Below are positions 1 through 17,000 of a DNA stretch of 64,000 bases, piece after piece. Below the pieces are notes generated by a model. That model searched no databases, was not told where the DNA came from, and was given only the letters and a program-made list of their open reading frames with translations. Positions within the stretch are counted from its first letter, which is position 1; each line of letters opens with the position of its first letter. Source of the DNA: the human T2T-CHM13v2.0 reference genome, Homo sapiens. The translations under genes were made by a program, and so were the position numbers. The stretch lies in NCBI RefSeq assembly GCF_009914755.1, contig NC_060946.1. One strand, given 5' to 3'.

Positions 1-522
1 CCATCTTGCTGATGTCACCCTAAGATGATTATTTGAATTCTTTGTCAGGCAATTTGTAGATCTTCATGTCTTTGGAGTCAGCCACTGGAGTTTCATTTTG
101 TTTCTTTGGTGGTGTCATATTTTCTAATGCTTCCTGTTCTTTGAAGACTTAGATTGCTTTCTTCATGTTTGAAGAAGGAGTCATCTTTTCCACTCTTTAC
201 TAACTTCAGGAGAGAAAGACCATCAATTAGCTAAGCTATAGATTCTGGGGGTCTCTCAGTCCTTTTCTGTGGGTGGTCCTTCCCTTTTAAGGGGGATGTC
301 TTAGGATTTTGTCCCTTGTCTTCATTTCACAAATGAATAAAACAACCAGACCAGACATAAGTAAAGGAATACAGCACTTGAACAACACCTGAAAAAACAA
401 CTAGACCTAACAGACATACACAGGATATTCTACCCAACAACATAATACACATACTTCTCAAGTATACATGGGACATTTTCAGGATAGACCATATAACACA
501 TCACAAATTAATTCTCAATAGG

Positions 523-855
523 GGCTGGGTGCAGTGGCTCACGTCTGTAATCCCAGAGTAATTTGGGAGGCTGAGGCGGGTGGATTGCTTGAAGCCAGGA
601 GCTTGACATCAGCCTGGCCAACACGGTGAAACCCCATCTCTACTAAAAATACAAAAATTAGCTGGGCATGGTGGTGCGTGCCTGTGATCCCAGCTTCTTG
701 GGAGGCTGAAGCGTGAGAATTGCTTAGGAGCCCAGGAGGTTGAAGCTGCAGTGAGCAGAGATTGTACCACTGTACTCCAGCCTGTACTTCATGACAAAGA
801 AAATGTACCATTGTACCACTGACAGAACGAGACCCTGTCCCAAAAAAGGAAAAAA
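523..855 (+). mobile_element. Alu (old, J/S type) with a small rearrangement near its 3' end
   Basis: Both Alu monomers and an A tail; degenerate TSD ctcaatag/ctcagtag. Confidence 0.85.
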
Positions 856-1080
856 GCTCAGTAGATTTAAAACGATAGACATCATACAAAGTGTCTTCTC
901 TGACCACAACAGGATAAAGTTAGAAATCAATAACAGAAGATTTTAAAAAGTTCACAAATTAGTAGAATTTAAACAACACACTCTCAAACAACCAATGGAT
1001 CAAAGAAATCACAAAGAAATTATAAAATTCTTAAAGACAAATGAAAATGAAAGCACACTATATCCAAACTTATGGGTTGT

Positions 1081-1385
1081 GGCCAGTTGTGGTGGCTCAC
1101 ACCTGTAATCCCAGCACTTTGGGAGACTGAGGGAGGTGGATAGCTAGAGGTCAGGAGTTCAAGATCAGCCAGGCCAACATGGTGAAACCCCGTCTCTACT
1201 AAAAACACAAAAATTAGCTGGGAGTGGTGGTACGTGCCTGTAGTCCCAGCTACCCAGGAGGCTGAGGCATGAGAATTTCTTGAACCCAGGAGGCAGAGGT
1301 TGCACCACTGAGCTAACACCACTGCACTCCAGCCTGGGTGACAGAATGAGACTCTGTCTCAAAAAACAAAGAAACAACAAAAAAC
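1081..1385 (+). mobile_element. AluS
   Basis: Full dimeric Alu; TSD aacttatgggttgt/aacttatgagttgt. Confidence 0.9.
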
Positions 1386-1651
1386 CACAACTTATGAGTT
1401 GTGGTGAAAGGAGTGCTAAGGAGGAAATTTATAGCTATAAACACATTAAAAAAAGAAACACCTCAATTCAACAACATAAGTTTACACATTAAGAAACTAG
1501 AAAAAGAAGAATGAAACTAAACCCAAAGTTAGCAGAAGGAAGGAAACAATAGAGATCAGGGCAGAGATAAATGGAAAAGAGAATAGAAAAACAATAAAAA
1601 ACAAAACCAAAAGTTGGTTCTTCAAAAAGATTAATAAAACTGACAAGACTA

Positions 1652-1945
<294 letters not shown>

Positions 1946-2044
1946 CTAAATTACTTAAAACAGAAATGTATTTGAGAATATCTTTATATATTTCTGTCTG
2001 TCTGTCTGTCTGCCTGTCTATGTTTTAGAAACAAGTGTCTGTCT

Positions 2045-2300
2045 ATGTTTTAGAGACAAGGTCTAGCTCCATCGCCCTGGCAACAATCAGATGCAACCAC
2101 AATCAGTGGCACAATCGGCTCACTGCAGCCTCGAATTCCTGGGCTCGCCACTATGCCAGCTCTTTTTTTTTTTTTTTTTTTTAAGAGACAGGATCTTGCC
2201 ATGTTATCCAGGCTGATCTTGAACTCCTGGCCTCAAGGAATTTTCCCACCTCGGCCTCCCAAATTGTTGGAATTACAGGCATGACCCACCATTCCCAGCC
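2045..2300 (-). mobile_element. AluJ-like element, internally deleted
   Basis: Reverse Alu motifs (ctcactgcagcctcgaattcctgggctc; cctcggcctcccaaa; attacaggcatga). Confidence 0.75.
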
Positions 2301-2688
2301 TAGAAAGGATTATAAAAGATTACTATAAATAATTGTGTGCTCATAAATTGGATAACCCAGATGAAATAGATGAATTCCTAGACACACAAAACCTACCAAG
2401 ACTCAATTATAAAGAAACAGAAAGTCAGAATAGACCTAACCTAGTAAGGGAATTGAGTCAGTAATAAGACAATCTCATGACAAAGAAAAGTCCTGGACCT
2501 GATAGCTTTACTGGTGAGTTCTGCCAAACGTTTAAAGAAGAACTAACACTGATTCTTTTCAAGCATTTCCAAAGAGTGGAAGAGGAGTGAATACCTCTTA
2601 ACTCTTTCTATGAGGCCAGCATTACCCTGATACCAAAGCCAAAAACACTATAAGAAAATAAAACAACAGATCAATATGCCTCTGATCA

Positions 2689-3027
<339 letters not shown>

Positions 3028-3129
3028 TCAGCATCATATTAAAAGGATTATACACCATGACCAAGTGGGATTTATTCCTGGAATGCAACGATGTTTCAAT
3101 ATATAAAAATTGATCCATATAAATTCAGA

Positions 3130-5200
3130 CAATTAATTTTAACTGATGTATAGTTTCACATTATATGCACATACCACGATTTACTTTTCCATTTTCCTAG
3201 TAATGAGCTTTAAGATTATTTCCAATTTTTAGCTATTACTAATAATGTTTCAACAAACACCTTTGGACATCTTTTCTGCAAATGTGTGTGTATTCTCTTG
3301 GAGAAGGTTTACCTTGTGGAATTTCTAGTGTGTATGTGTATGTGTGTGGGTATATATATATACACATATGTATATATTTTCAACTTTACTATATATTTCC
3401 AAAAAACTCTTCAAAGTGGCAGATTTAAACTCCCCTTCGCCGTATATAAATTCACGGTTCCTAAAGCCCTTGGCATAGTTTTGTGTTTTTATAGAAAAGG
3501 GCATAAAGTCTTATTGCTGTTGAATTGTACCTTGCTCTTTTCAATTGTCTTTTCACAATAATTCACTATTTATCATCTGTTGTGAATATTGTGGAGTAGT
3601 TCTTAATCATTTTTTCTACTAAACTATTTATTTTATATCATTAATTTGTAGAAATCCTCTTTATATAATGGATATTATACTTTTCAATTATATATTTTGT
3701 AAATATTTTACCCAATTTTCTGGCTTGCATTTAACCTTTATTTAGGATGCCTAGGATTTTTCATTTTAATACAGTCTAATTTATTTTTCTTTTCTTCTTC
3801 ATGCATTCTGGCATTTGATTAATAAGCCATTTGTTGCCCAACGTCATTAGTTCTCTGTATATACTTTTAAATATCTTAAACATGTAATATTCATAAGTAA
3901 TTTCACAAGTAGTTTAAGATTTGAGTCTGTAACCTAAATAGATACAGGATTTTGTGATATGCTGTAATATACAGATTTTTATTTATATATGGATAAAAAT
4001 TTATATGTTTTTTCTGACAGCATTTATTGGATAGTATAATTTTTCTACTGACTTTTAGTATCATATCTTTTATTACAAGTCCAATGTATTCAGCATACCT
4101 ATGGATCTATTTCTTGGTGCTTCCATTTTTTCCCATTGTTTAACGGTGTATCACTGAGCCAAAGCAAACCATTTTAATTATTATAATTAAAACACATTTA
4201 AATATTGATAGGCTATTATTGTTCAAAATAACTTTGGTTCTTCCTTTCCGTTGATTACTTTAATATGACTTTTCCAATCAAGTTCTAAAAAAATACTGGT
4301 GGTATATTTATTGAAATAACTTTAATAAAATTAAATGAAAGATCATGTATTTGTTTTCTGAATTAATTCTTAGATACATTAATGTTTTATGTTACCATGA
4401 ATGTGATATTATAATATAATATTTTTAATTGGTTGCTACTGTTTATAAGAATTTCATTTTCTGTTTACTTTGCCTTCATATCTGAAAACCTTGCTGATTT
4501 GATTAGTGCATCCACAAATTTTCTTGGATTTTCTATGGGTAATTACAAATCTCCACACAATGAGGTTGCAGTGAGCCAAGATCACACCACTGTACTCCAG
4601 CCTGGGCGACAGAGTGAGACACCATCTCACAAAAACACATAAACAAACAAACAGAAACTCCACACAATGACAACGTATGTGTTTTCTTTTTTTCTTCCTC
4701 TTTCTGTAATATTTCTTTGTCCTATCTTAACTGAACTGGCCAGAAACCCCAGGACAATGATAAATACGAGCAGTGTCAACAGACATCTCATTCCCTTTCC
4801 TAGCTTTTATAAAAAATAACGATTATGCTTCAACATTACATATGGTGGTGTCGATGGTTTTGTTATAGATAAGCTTATCAGGTTAAGAAATTTGTCTGCT
4901 TTTCCTAGTTTGGTATAAAGATTTTAATATAAATGAATGTTGTATTTTACCATCTTATTTTTTTCCTACATCTGCTAAGATAATCCTGTGTTTTCCCTTT
5001 TTCAATCTCCTAATGTGGTGAATGACATTAAAATACCTTCTATTGTTAAAATATTCTTGCAACGCTGTATAGAACCAATGCCTTTATTCTGTATTGCTGA
5101 TGGATTTTTGAAAAATATGTAGGTGGACTTAGTTTTCTAAGGGGAATAGAATTTCTAATATATTTAAAATATTTTGCATGTATGTTCTGAAGGACATTGG
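3130..5200 (-). mobile_element. Very old L1 (L1M-type) fragments, antisense
   Basis: T-rich degenerate antisense L1 phrases (ttttcccattg; ttgctgatttgattag; tcaggttaagaaatttgtctgcttttcctagtttg; tttgcatgtatgttc). Subfamily and boundaries are approximate. Confidence 0.55.
4564..4654 (+). mobile_element. Severely 5'-truncated Alu (3' ~65 nt plus tail)
   Basis: ggttgcagtgagccaagatc...gagacaccatctc with a tail, flanked by TSD ctccacacaatga on both sides. Confidence 0.85.
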
Positions 5201-6062
5201 TGTGTCATTTCTATACCATCTGGCTACGAGAGGAGCCGACTGAAAGTCACACTGCCGGAGGAGGGGAGAGGTGCTCTTCCGTTTCTGGTGTCTGTAGCCA
5301 TCTCCAGTGGTAGCTGCAGTGATAATAATGCTGCGGTGCCGACAGTTCTGGAAGGAGCAACAACAGTGATTTCAGCAGCAGCAGTATTGCGGGATCCCCA
5401 CGATGGAGCAAGGGAAATAATTCTGGAAGCAATGACAATATCAGCTGTGGCTATAGCAGCTGAGATGTGAGTTCTCACGGTGGCAGCTTCAAGGACAGTA
5501 GTGATGGTCCAATGGCGCCCAGACCTAGAAATGCACATTTCCTCAGCACCGGCTCCAGATGCTGAGCTTGGACAGCTGACGCCTTGGATCATCTGCCACT
5601 GATCTCTGGTCAACATTTTTATCACCCAACACAAAAGAAGCAGAGATTTATCAAGTTACTTAACCTGACCCTTTCATCTTTTGCTACACATACTCTTGTA
5701 ATTGATCTCTCCATGAATTGTTTTCTGTTTAAAATATCTAGAATGTTTTCTGCTTCCTGACTTGATTCTAATATTGTATAGGTACTAGAAATGGTTCTAG
5801 AAATAGATCTTTATAGATGAGAATCTGGAAGTGGTTTGCTGACCTGTTTCAGTCTGAATGAATTCCTGACCTTCTTGTCGGGAGGAGACAGAAACCTGAT
5901 CATCTGTAGTGTACGGTGGTATCATGATTACTTAAATCATCAAATGTGGTTATTGGGAATGATGTGTTTTTTAAAGTGGTACATGAGAGGTAAAATTGCT
6001 ATTGTAGTTGACTGTTGCAGTTATAATTTTGTCAACATGGTCTGTAAGAGTGCAATGGATTC

Positions 6063-6426
<364 letters not shown>

Positions 6427-7787
6427 CTAATCCCTATCAGCTAAAGCCTAGAGAATATATGAGGCATAGATTTACGTGGTGTTTGACTAAGGCATGCAGA
6501 ATATAATCTTGACATAGGCTAAGTTTATCAACATAGATACATAGAGATTCTAAAGTTAAAGTCTTAGCCCAAGAAGTTAGAAGGGGTGCTCAAGTTTGTT
6601 TGTCTGACAGAAACTGTGAATCCACACTGGCCTGCTTATTTTGAGGTTGTGTTGCCAGAGCTTTCCTAGCATAATAAAGAGAGGTGCATACAAAGGAATA
6701 GGAATAGTAGGAGGTGGGGGTAAAAATATCAGGTGTGATCCACATGCCAAGCCGACCCCCACTGTGTCCCACAGGAAGCCCCAGAAGATGTTTCTCCAAG
6801 AAATTAGGATTCGTTTGTTGGGGAGGGCTGCTGGCATGCTTGAAAAGTACTGTGACGGCTGAATTTTGTGGGCTTGGGGAGATTGCAGGTTCTCTGATTT
6901 CAAGGGGAATGATGTGATCCTAGAGTTGCAAAGAACAAGTGACAGTGGAGGCGCTTATGCTTTGTGACTGCACTAGAGACAAGGAAGACACAACTAGAAT
7001 AATGGGGAGCAGGAATGGAGCGGCCAACAGAATATCTGACTGTTAGGGATCTTTGATGAAGGCTGATTCTCAGGGAGTGAACTAGATCAGTGACCAACTA
7101 TTTGTCTTTATATAACTGGGTAGTGTGGATGGATTCTAATAAAGGGACTACTTACAGCACAGCAGGAAAGTCACAAAGAAACCAGACAGAAGAGTGTAAG
7201 TAGTAAGGGGCCAAGCAGTCATCTGACTAGAGACAGTGCCAGCTTGCCAAAGAAGGCACCAGACAGAAGCTGTGATCTTCAGCAAAGGGACACAGTCTGC
7301 CTGTGCTGACCCTGCAGGGGCAGAGGTGGGGGATAAACACACTCTTCTCTCACCTATCTTCTGCCACCCCCTCCATTAGCTGAACCCCAATAAAAGCATG
7401 AGGGTAAGGGAGATCTCTGAAGTATCCAATTCAGGTGAGCCTCCTAAGGAACAAAGCAGAATGCAGAAAAATTAAGAGTGGGTCTAGGGAATAAAATAGA
7501 GATATGCACCAGAGTATGATGATGTGTCTGGGAAAGAATATACAAATACTTTTAAAATTACTAGACAATAAACCTGAGATGACACTAATACAGGTAAATC
7601 TCATTTAATGGTAATATATTCCAAGAAATGCATCATTAGGTGATTTTGTGGCTGTGCAGACACCAAAGAGTGTACTTTATACAAACCTAGACAGCGTAGC
7701 CTACTACATACCTAGGCTATATCGTACAGCCTATTGCTCCTGGGCTACACACCTGTGCAGCATGTCACTGTGCTGAATACAGTAGGC

Positions 7788-8414
<627 letters not shown>

Positions 8415-8480
8415 CTGTAGGCAGTTATATCACAGTAGTAATATCTAAACATGGAAAAGATACAGTAAAAACATAGTACA

Positions 8481-8869
<389 letters not shown>

Positions 8870-9411
8870 CTAGGATATTACTGTACATAACTATAGACTT
8901 TATATGCACTGTACACTTAGGCTACACTAAATGTATTTAAATTTTTTCTTTCTTTAACAAGTTCATCTTAGCTTATCATGACTTTATAAACTTTTAATTT
9001 TTTTAATTTTTTGATTCTTTGATAATAACACATCTTAAAACAAAAACACATTGAACAGCTGTACAGAAATACTTTATATCCTTATTTGATAAGCTTCATT
9101 TATTTTGATTTTTTATGTTTTAAACATTTTTGTTAAAAACTAAGATACAAACACACACACTAGCTTAGCCCTGTAAGGGTCAGGATAATCAATATCACTG
9201 TCTTCCATCTCGAAATCTTGTCCAAGTGAAAGGTCTTCAGGGTCTTCAGTGGCAATAACATACATGCAGCTGTCATTTTCTATGATAACAAGGCTTTCTT
9301 CTGGAAGAACTCGTGGAAGACCTTCCTGAAGCTGTTTTATAGTTAATTTTTTTTAATGAGTAGCAGTACTACACTCTAAAAATATGAATAAAATCTATAG
9401 TATTATACATA

Positions 9412-9503
9412 CTGTTGATCCTTGAACAGTGCAAGGGTTAGGGGACCAGCTCCTCTGCAGTTGAAAATCCATATATAATTCTGGGCTATCCCCAAACTTA
9501 ACT
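9412..9503. mobile_element. Tigger2-family terminal fragment, cut off by AT-rich DNA
   Basis: ctgttgatccttgaaca...ggttagggg...gcagttgaaaatcc...cccaaacttaact resembles a Tigger2a end. Confidence 0.6.
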
Positions 9504-11199
9504 TAATATATGATATATATCATATATAATATATATGATATATATTACATATTATATATATCATATATATTATATATGATATATATTATATATAATATGT
9601 ATGATATATATTATACACAATATGTATGATATATATTATACACAATATGTATGATATATATTATACACAATATGTATGATATATATTATACACAATATGT
9701 ATGATATATATTATATACAATAAGTATGATATATATTATATACAATATGTATGATATATATTATATACAACATATGATATATAATATACTATATGATAGA
9801 GATTATATACAATATATATGATAGAGATTATATACAATATATATGATAGAGATTATATACAATATATATGATACAGATTATATACAATATATATGATACA
9901 GATTATATACAATATATATGATACAGATTATATACAATATATATGATAGATTAGATACTATATATGATATAGATTATATACAATATATGATATAGATTAT
10001 ATACAATATATATGATATAGACTATATACTATATATGATATAGATTATATACTATATATGATATAAATGGTATATCATATATGATATAAATGGTATATCA
10101 TATATGATATATACAATATATCGTATATATGATATAGATGATATATCATCTATAAGATATAGATGATATATCATCTATAAGATATAGATGATATATCATC
10201 TATAAGATATAGATGATATATCATCTATAAGATATAGATGATATATCATCTATAAGATATAGATGATATATCATCTATAAGATATAGATGATATATCATA
10301 CCTGATATAGGTGATATATCATACATGATATAGGTGATAAATCATATATGATATAGATGATATATATCATATATGATATATCATATATTATATAATAAAT
10401 GATATATATTATATATAATAAAAGCTATATATTACATAATAAATGATATATATTATGTAAAATATATGATATATATTATATATTATATCTGATATATATT
10501 ATATATTATATATTATATATTTTATCTGATATATATTATATATTATATCTGATATATTATATATTATATTATATATAATTATATTATATTATATTATATA
10601 TTATATATTTTATATTATATTATATATAATTATATTATATTATATTATATATTATATATAATTTATGATATATATAATGTATTATATATAATTTATGATA
10701 TATATTATATATTATAAATCATATATCATATATATTATGCTATATTATATATAATATACCATAATATATCATATATTATATAATATATAATATAATATAA
10801 TATAATGTAATCATATATAATATATAATATATTATATTATAAAATATATTATATGATGATATACTATATATTACATATTACATTAGATAATATTTTATAT
10901 AATATATAATATATATTATATATTATACTTTATTATATTACATATATAATTATACATAATATTTCATATATAATTTATAATTATATATAATTATATATTA
11001 TATTATATAATATTATGTATAATATATTATTAAATATAATATTATATATTATATTAAATATAATATTATATATTATATTAAATATAATATTATATATTAT
11101 ATTAAATATAATATTATATATAAGGATGCAGGATGTAAAAGGAAATTATATATATGTTATATATTATATATATTATATTATATATAATTATATATATAT
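9504..11199. repeat. AT-rich block 1, with 25-bp and 24-bp minisatellite sub-arrays
   Basis: Almost pure A/T. Units include atgatatatattatacacaatatgt, atatgatagagattatatacaatat and gatatagatgatatatcatctataa. Confidence 0.95.
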
Positions 11200-11767
11200 T
11201 TGGGGGTGCCCTATTTCCTATCTCATAACTTATTTTAAGAAGCACAGCATAATAATGTGTGGACTTGGGATTCAGTTTTTGAAACGAAACACTGAGCCTT
11301 CCATGACCTTCCTGTACATGTGAAAGCACACCTGTCTGCATGGCAGCATTTGGACCTCACAGTGTGGATTGTGCCTTCACCCTGGAATGTTTATGCCCTA
11401 TCGCCATGGTGATGTGATTAGGGATCTGCTGCCCTTGGTCCTAAGTGCCACTATCTGTGCTGAGTTTTTCAAAGGTCAGAGCAGATTGAACCTTTGTGGT
11501 TCCATTTTCCCTGATTTTGATTTTTCTTATGGGGAACCTGTGTGGCTGCATTCAAGGTATGTTCATACTGGCCTGTCAAATGCGATCTTTTCAAATTACT
11601 AGTTAATGCTTTCAAAATATGTTATTTAAAAAATTAGCCTCTGTATTTTCCATATGCAGTTATAAATATGTTTCATGGTTAGGTTTTATTCCTCAATTTA
11701 TATATTTGATTCTTATACCAAGCAGAGTACCTTTGAAATTTTTCTTCATTTAAAAAATATGTATCTT
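11200..11767. repeat. HSATI-type monomer, diverged copy outside the 813-bp array
   Basis: Colinear with the array monomer but with scattered differences (gggggtgcc vs gtcggtgcc; ccatgacc vs ttgatgacc; gatgtgatt vs gatgggatt). The HSATI name is from recognition of the 22q11 AT-rich/HSATI/Alu triplet. Confidence 0.8.
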
Positions 11768-14050
<2,283 letters not shown>

Positions 14051-17000
14051 TTGTCGGTGCCCTATTTCCCATCTCATAACTTATTTTAAGAAGCCAGCAT
14101 AATAATGTGTGGGCTTGGGATTCAGTTTTTGAAACAAAACACTGAGCCTTTGATGACCTTCCTGTACTTGTAAAAGCCCACCTGTCTGCATGGCAGCAGT
14201 TGGACCTCACAGTGTGGATTGTGCCTTCACCCTGGAATGTTTATGCCCTATCGCCATGGTGATGGGATTAGGGATCTCCTGCCCTTGGTCCTAAGTGCCA
14301 CTATCTGTGCTGAGTTTTTCAAAGGTCAGAGCAGATTGAACCTTTGTGGTTTCATTTTCCCTGATTTTGATTTTTCTTATGGGGAACCTGTGTGGCTGCA
14401 TTCAAGGTATGTTCATACTGGCCTGTCAAATGCGATCTTTTCAAATTACTAGTTAATGCTTTCAAAATATGTTATTTAAAAAATTAGCCTCTGTATTTTC
14501 CATATGCAGTTATAAATATGTTTCATGGTTAGGTTTTATTCCTCAATTTATATATTTGATTATTGTACCAAGCAGAGTATCTTTGAAATTTTTCTTCATT
14601 TAAAAAATATGTATCTTGACTCAGGCCTGTAATCCCAGCACTTTGGGAGGCCAAGGCAAGAGGATCACAAGGTGAGGAGATCAAGACCATCCTGGCCAAT
14701 ACGGTGAAACCCTGTCTCTACTAAAAATACAAAAAATTAGCCAGGCATGATGGCAGCTGGTGTAGTCCCAGTGTGAATTGGGATTCAGTTTATTCCCAAA
14801 TTCCCAAAATATATATATATATATAATATATATTATATTATATATAATTTTATATATATATATTTGTCGGTGCCCTATTTCCCATCTCATAACTTATTTT
14901 AAGAAGCCAGCATAATAATGTGTGGGCTTGGGATTCAGTTTTTGAAACAAAACACTGAGCCTTTGATGACCTTCCTGTACTTGTAAAAGCCCACCTGTCT
15001 GCATGGCAGCAGTTGGACCTCACAGTGTGGATTGTGCCTTCACCCTGGAATGTTTATGCCCTATCGCCATGGTGATGGGATTAGGGATCTCCTGCCCTTG
15101 GTCCTAAGTGCCACTATCTGTGCTGAGTTTTTCAAAGGTCAGAGCAGATTGAACCTTTGTGGTTTCATTTTCCCTGATTTTGATTTTTCTTATGGGGAAC
15201 CTGTGTGGCTGCATTCAAGGTATGTTCATACTGGCCTGTCAAATGCGATCTTTTCAAATTACTAGTTAATGCTTTCAAAATATGTTATTTAAAAAATTAG
15301 CCTCTGTATTTTCCATATGCAGTTATAAATATGTTTCATGGTTAGGTTTTATTCCTCAATTTATATATTTGATTATTGTACCAAGCAGAGTATCTTTGAA
15401 ATTTTTCTTCATTTAAAAAATATGTATCTTGACTCAGGCCTGTAATCCCAGCACTTTGGGAGGCCAAGGCAAGAGGATCACAAGGTGAGGAGATCAAGAC
15501 CATCCTGGCCAATACGGTGAAACCCTGTCTCTACTAAAAATACAAAAAATTAGCCAGGCATGATGGCAGCTGGTGTAGTCCCAGTGTGAATTGGGATTCA
15601 GTTTATTCCCAAATTCCCAAAATATATATATATATATAATATATATTATATTATATATAATTTTATATATATATATTTGTCGGTGCCCTATTTCCCATCT
15701 CATAACTTATTTTAAGAAGCCAGCATAATAATGTGTGGGCTTGGGATTCAGTTTTTGAAACAAAACACTGAGCCTTTGATGACCTTCCTGTACTTGTAAA
15801 AGCCCACCTGTCTGCATGGCAGCAGTTGGACCTCACAGTGTGGATTGTGCCTTCACCCTGGAATGTTTATGCCCTATCGCCATGGTGATGGGATTAGGGA
15901 TCTCCTGCCCTTGGTCCTAAGTGCCACTATCTGTGCTGAGTTTTTCAAAGGTCAGAGCAGATTGAACCTTTGTGGTTTCATTTTCCCTGATTTTGATTTT
16001 TCTTATGGGGAACCTGTGTGGCTGCATTCAAGGTATGTTCATACTGGCCTGTCAAATGCGATCTTTTCAAATTACTAGTTAATGCTTTCAAAATATGTTA
16101 TTTAAAAAATTAGCCTCTGTATTTTCCATATGCAGTTATAAATATGTTTCATGGTTAGGTTTTATTCCTCAATTTATATATTTGATTATTGTACCAAGCA
16201 GAGTATCTTTGAAATTTTTCTTCATTTAAAAAATATGTATCTTGACTCAGGCCTGTAATCCCAGCACTTTGGGAGGCCAAGGCAAGAGGATCACAAGGTG
16301 AGGAGATCAAGACCATCCTGGCCAATACGGTGAAACCCTGTCTCTACTAAAAATACAAAAAATTAGCCAGGCATGATGGCAGCTGGTGTAGTCCCAGTGT
16401 GAATTGGGATTCAGTTTATTCCCAAATTCCCAAAATATATATATATATATAATATATATTATATTATATATAATTTTATATATATATATTTGTCGGTGCC
16501 CTATTTCCCATCTCATAACTTATTTTAAGAAGCCAGCATAATAATGTGTGGGCTTGGGATTCAGTTTTTGAAACAAAACACTGAGCCTTTGATGACCTTC
16601 CTGTACTTGTAAAAGCCCACCTGTCTGCATGGCAGCAGTTGGACCTCACAGTGTGGATTGTGCCTTCACCCTGGAATGTTTATGCCCTATCGCCATGGTG
16701 ATGGGATTAGGGATCTCCTGCCCTTGGTCCTAAGTGCCACTATCTGTGCTGAGTTTTTCAAAGGTCAGAGCAGATTGAACCTTTGTGGTTTCATTTTCCC
16801 TGATTTTGATTTTTCTTATGGGGAACCTGTGTGGCTGCATTCAAGGTATGTTCATACTGGCCTGTCAAATGCGATCTTTTCAAATTACTAGTTAATGCTT
16901 TCAAAATATGTTATTTAAAAAATTAGCCTCTGTATTTTCCATATGCAGTTATAAATATGTTTCATGGTTAGGTTTTATTCCTCAATTTATATATTTGATT

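Noticed and set aside
11015-11323. 102-aa I/Y/N-rich ORF
   Set aside because: It is the translation of a 24-bp AT minisatellite.
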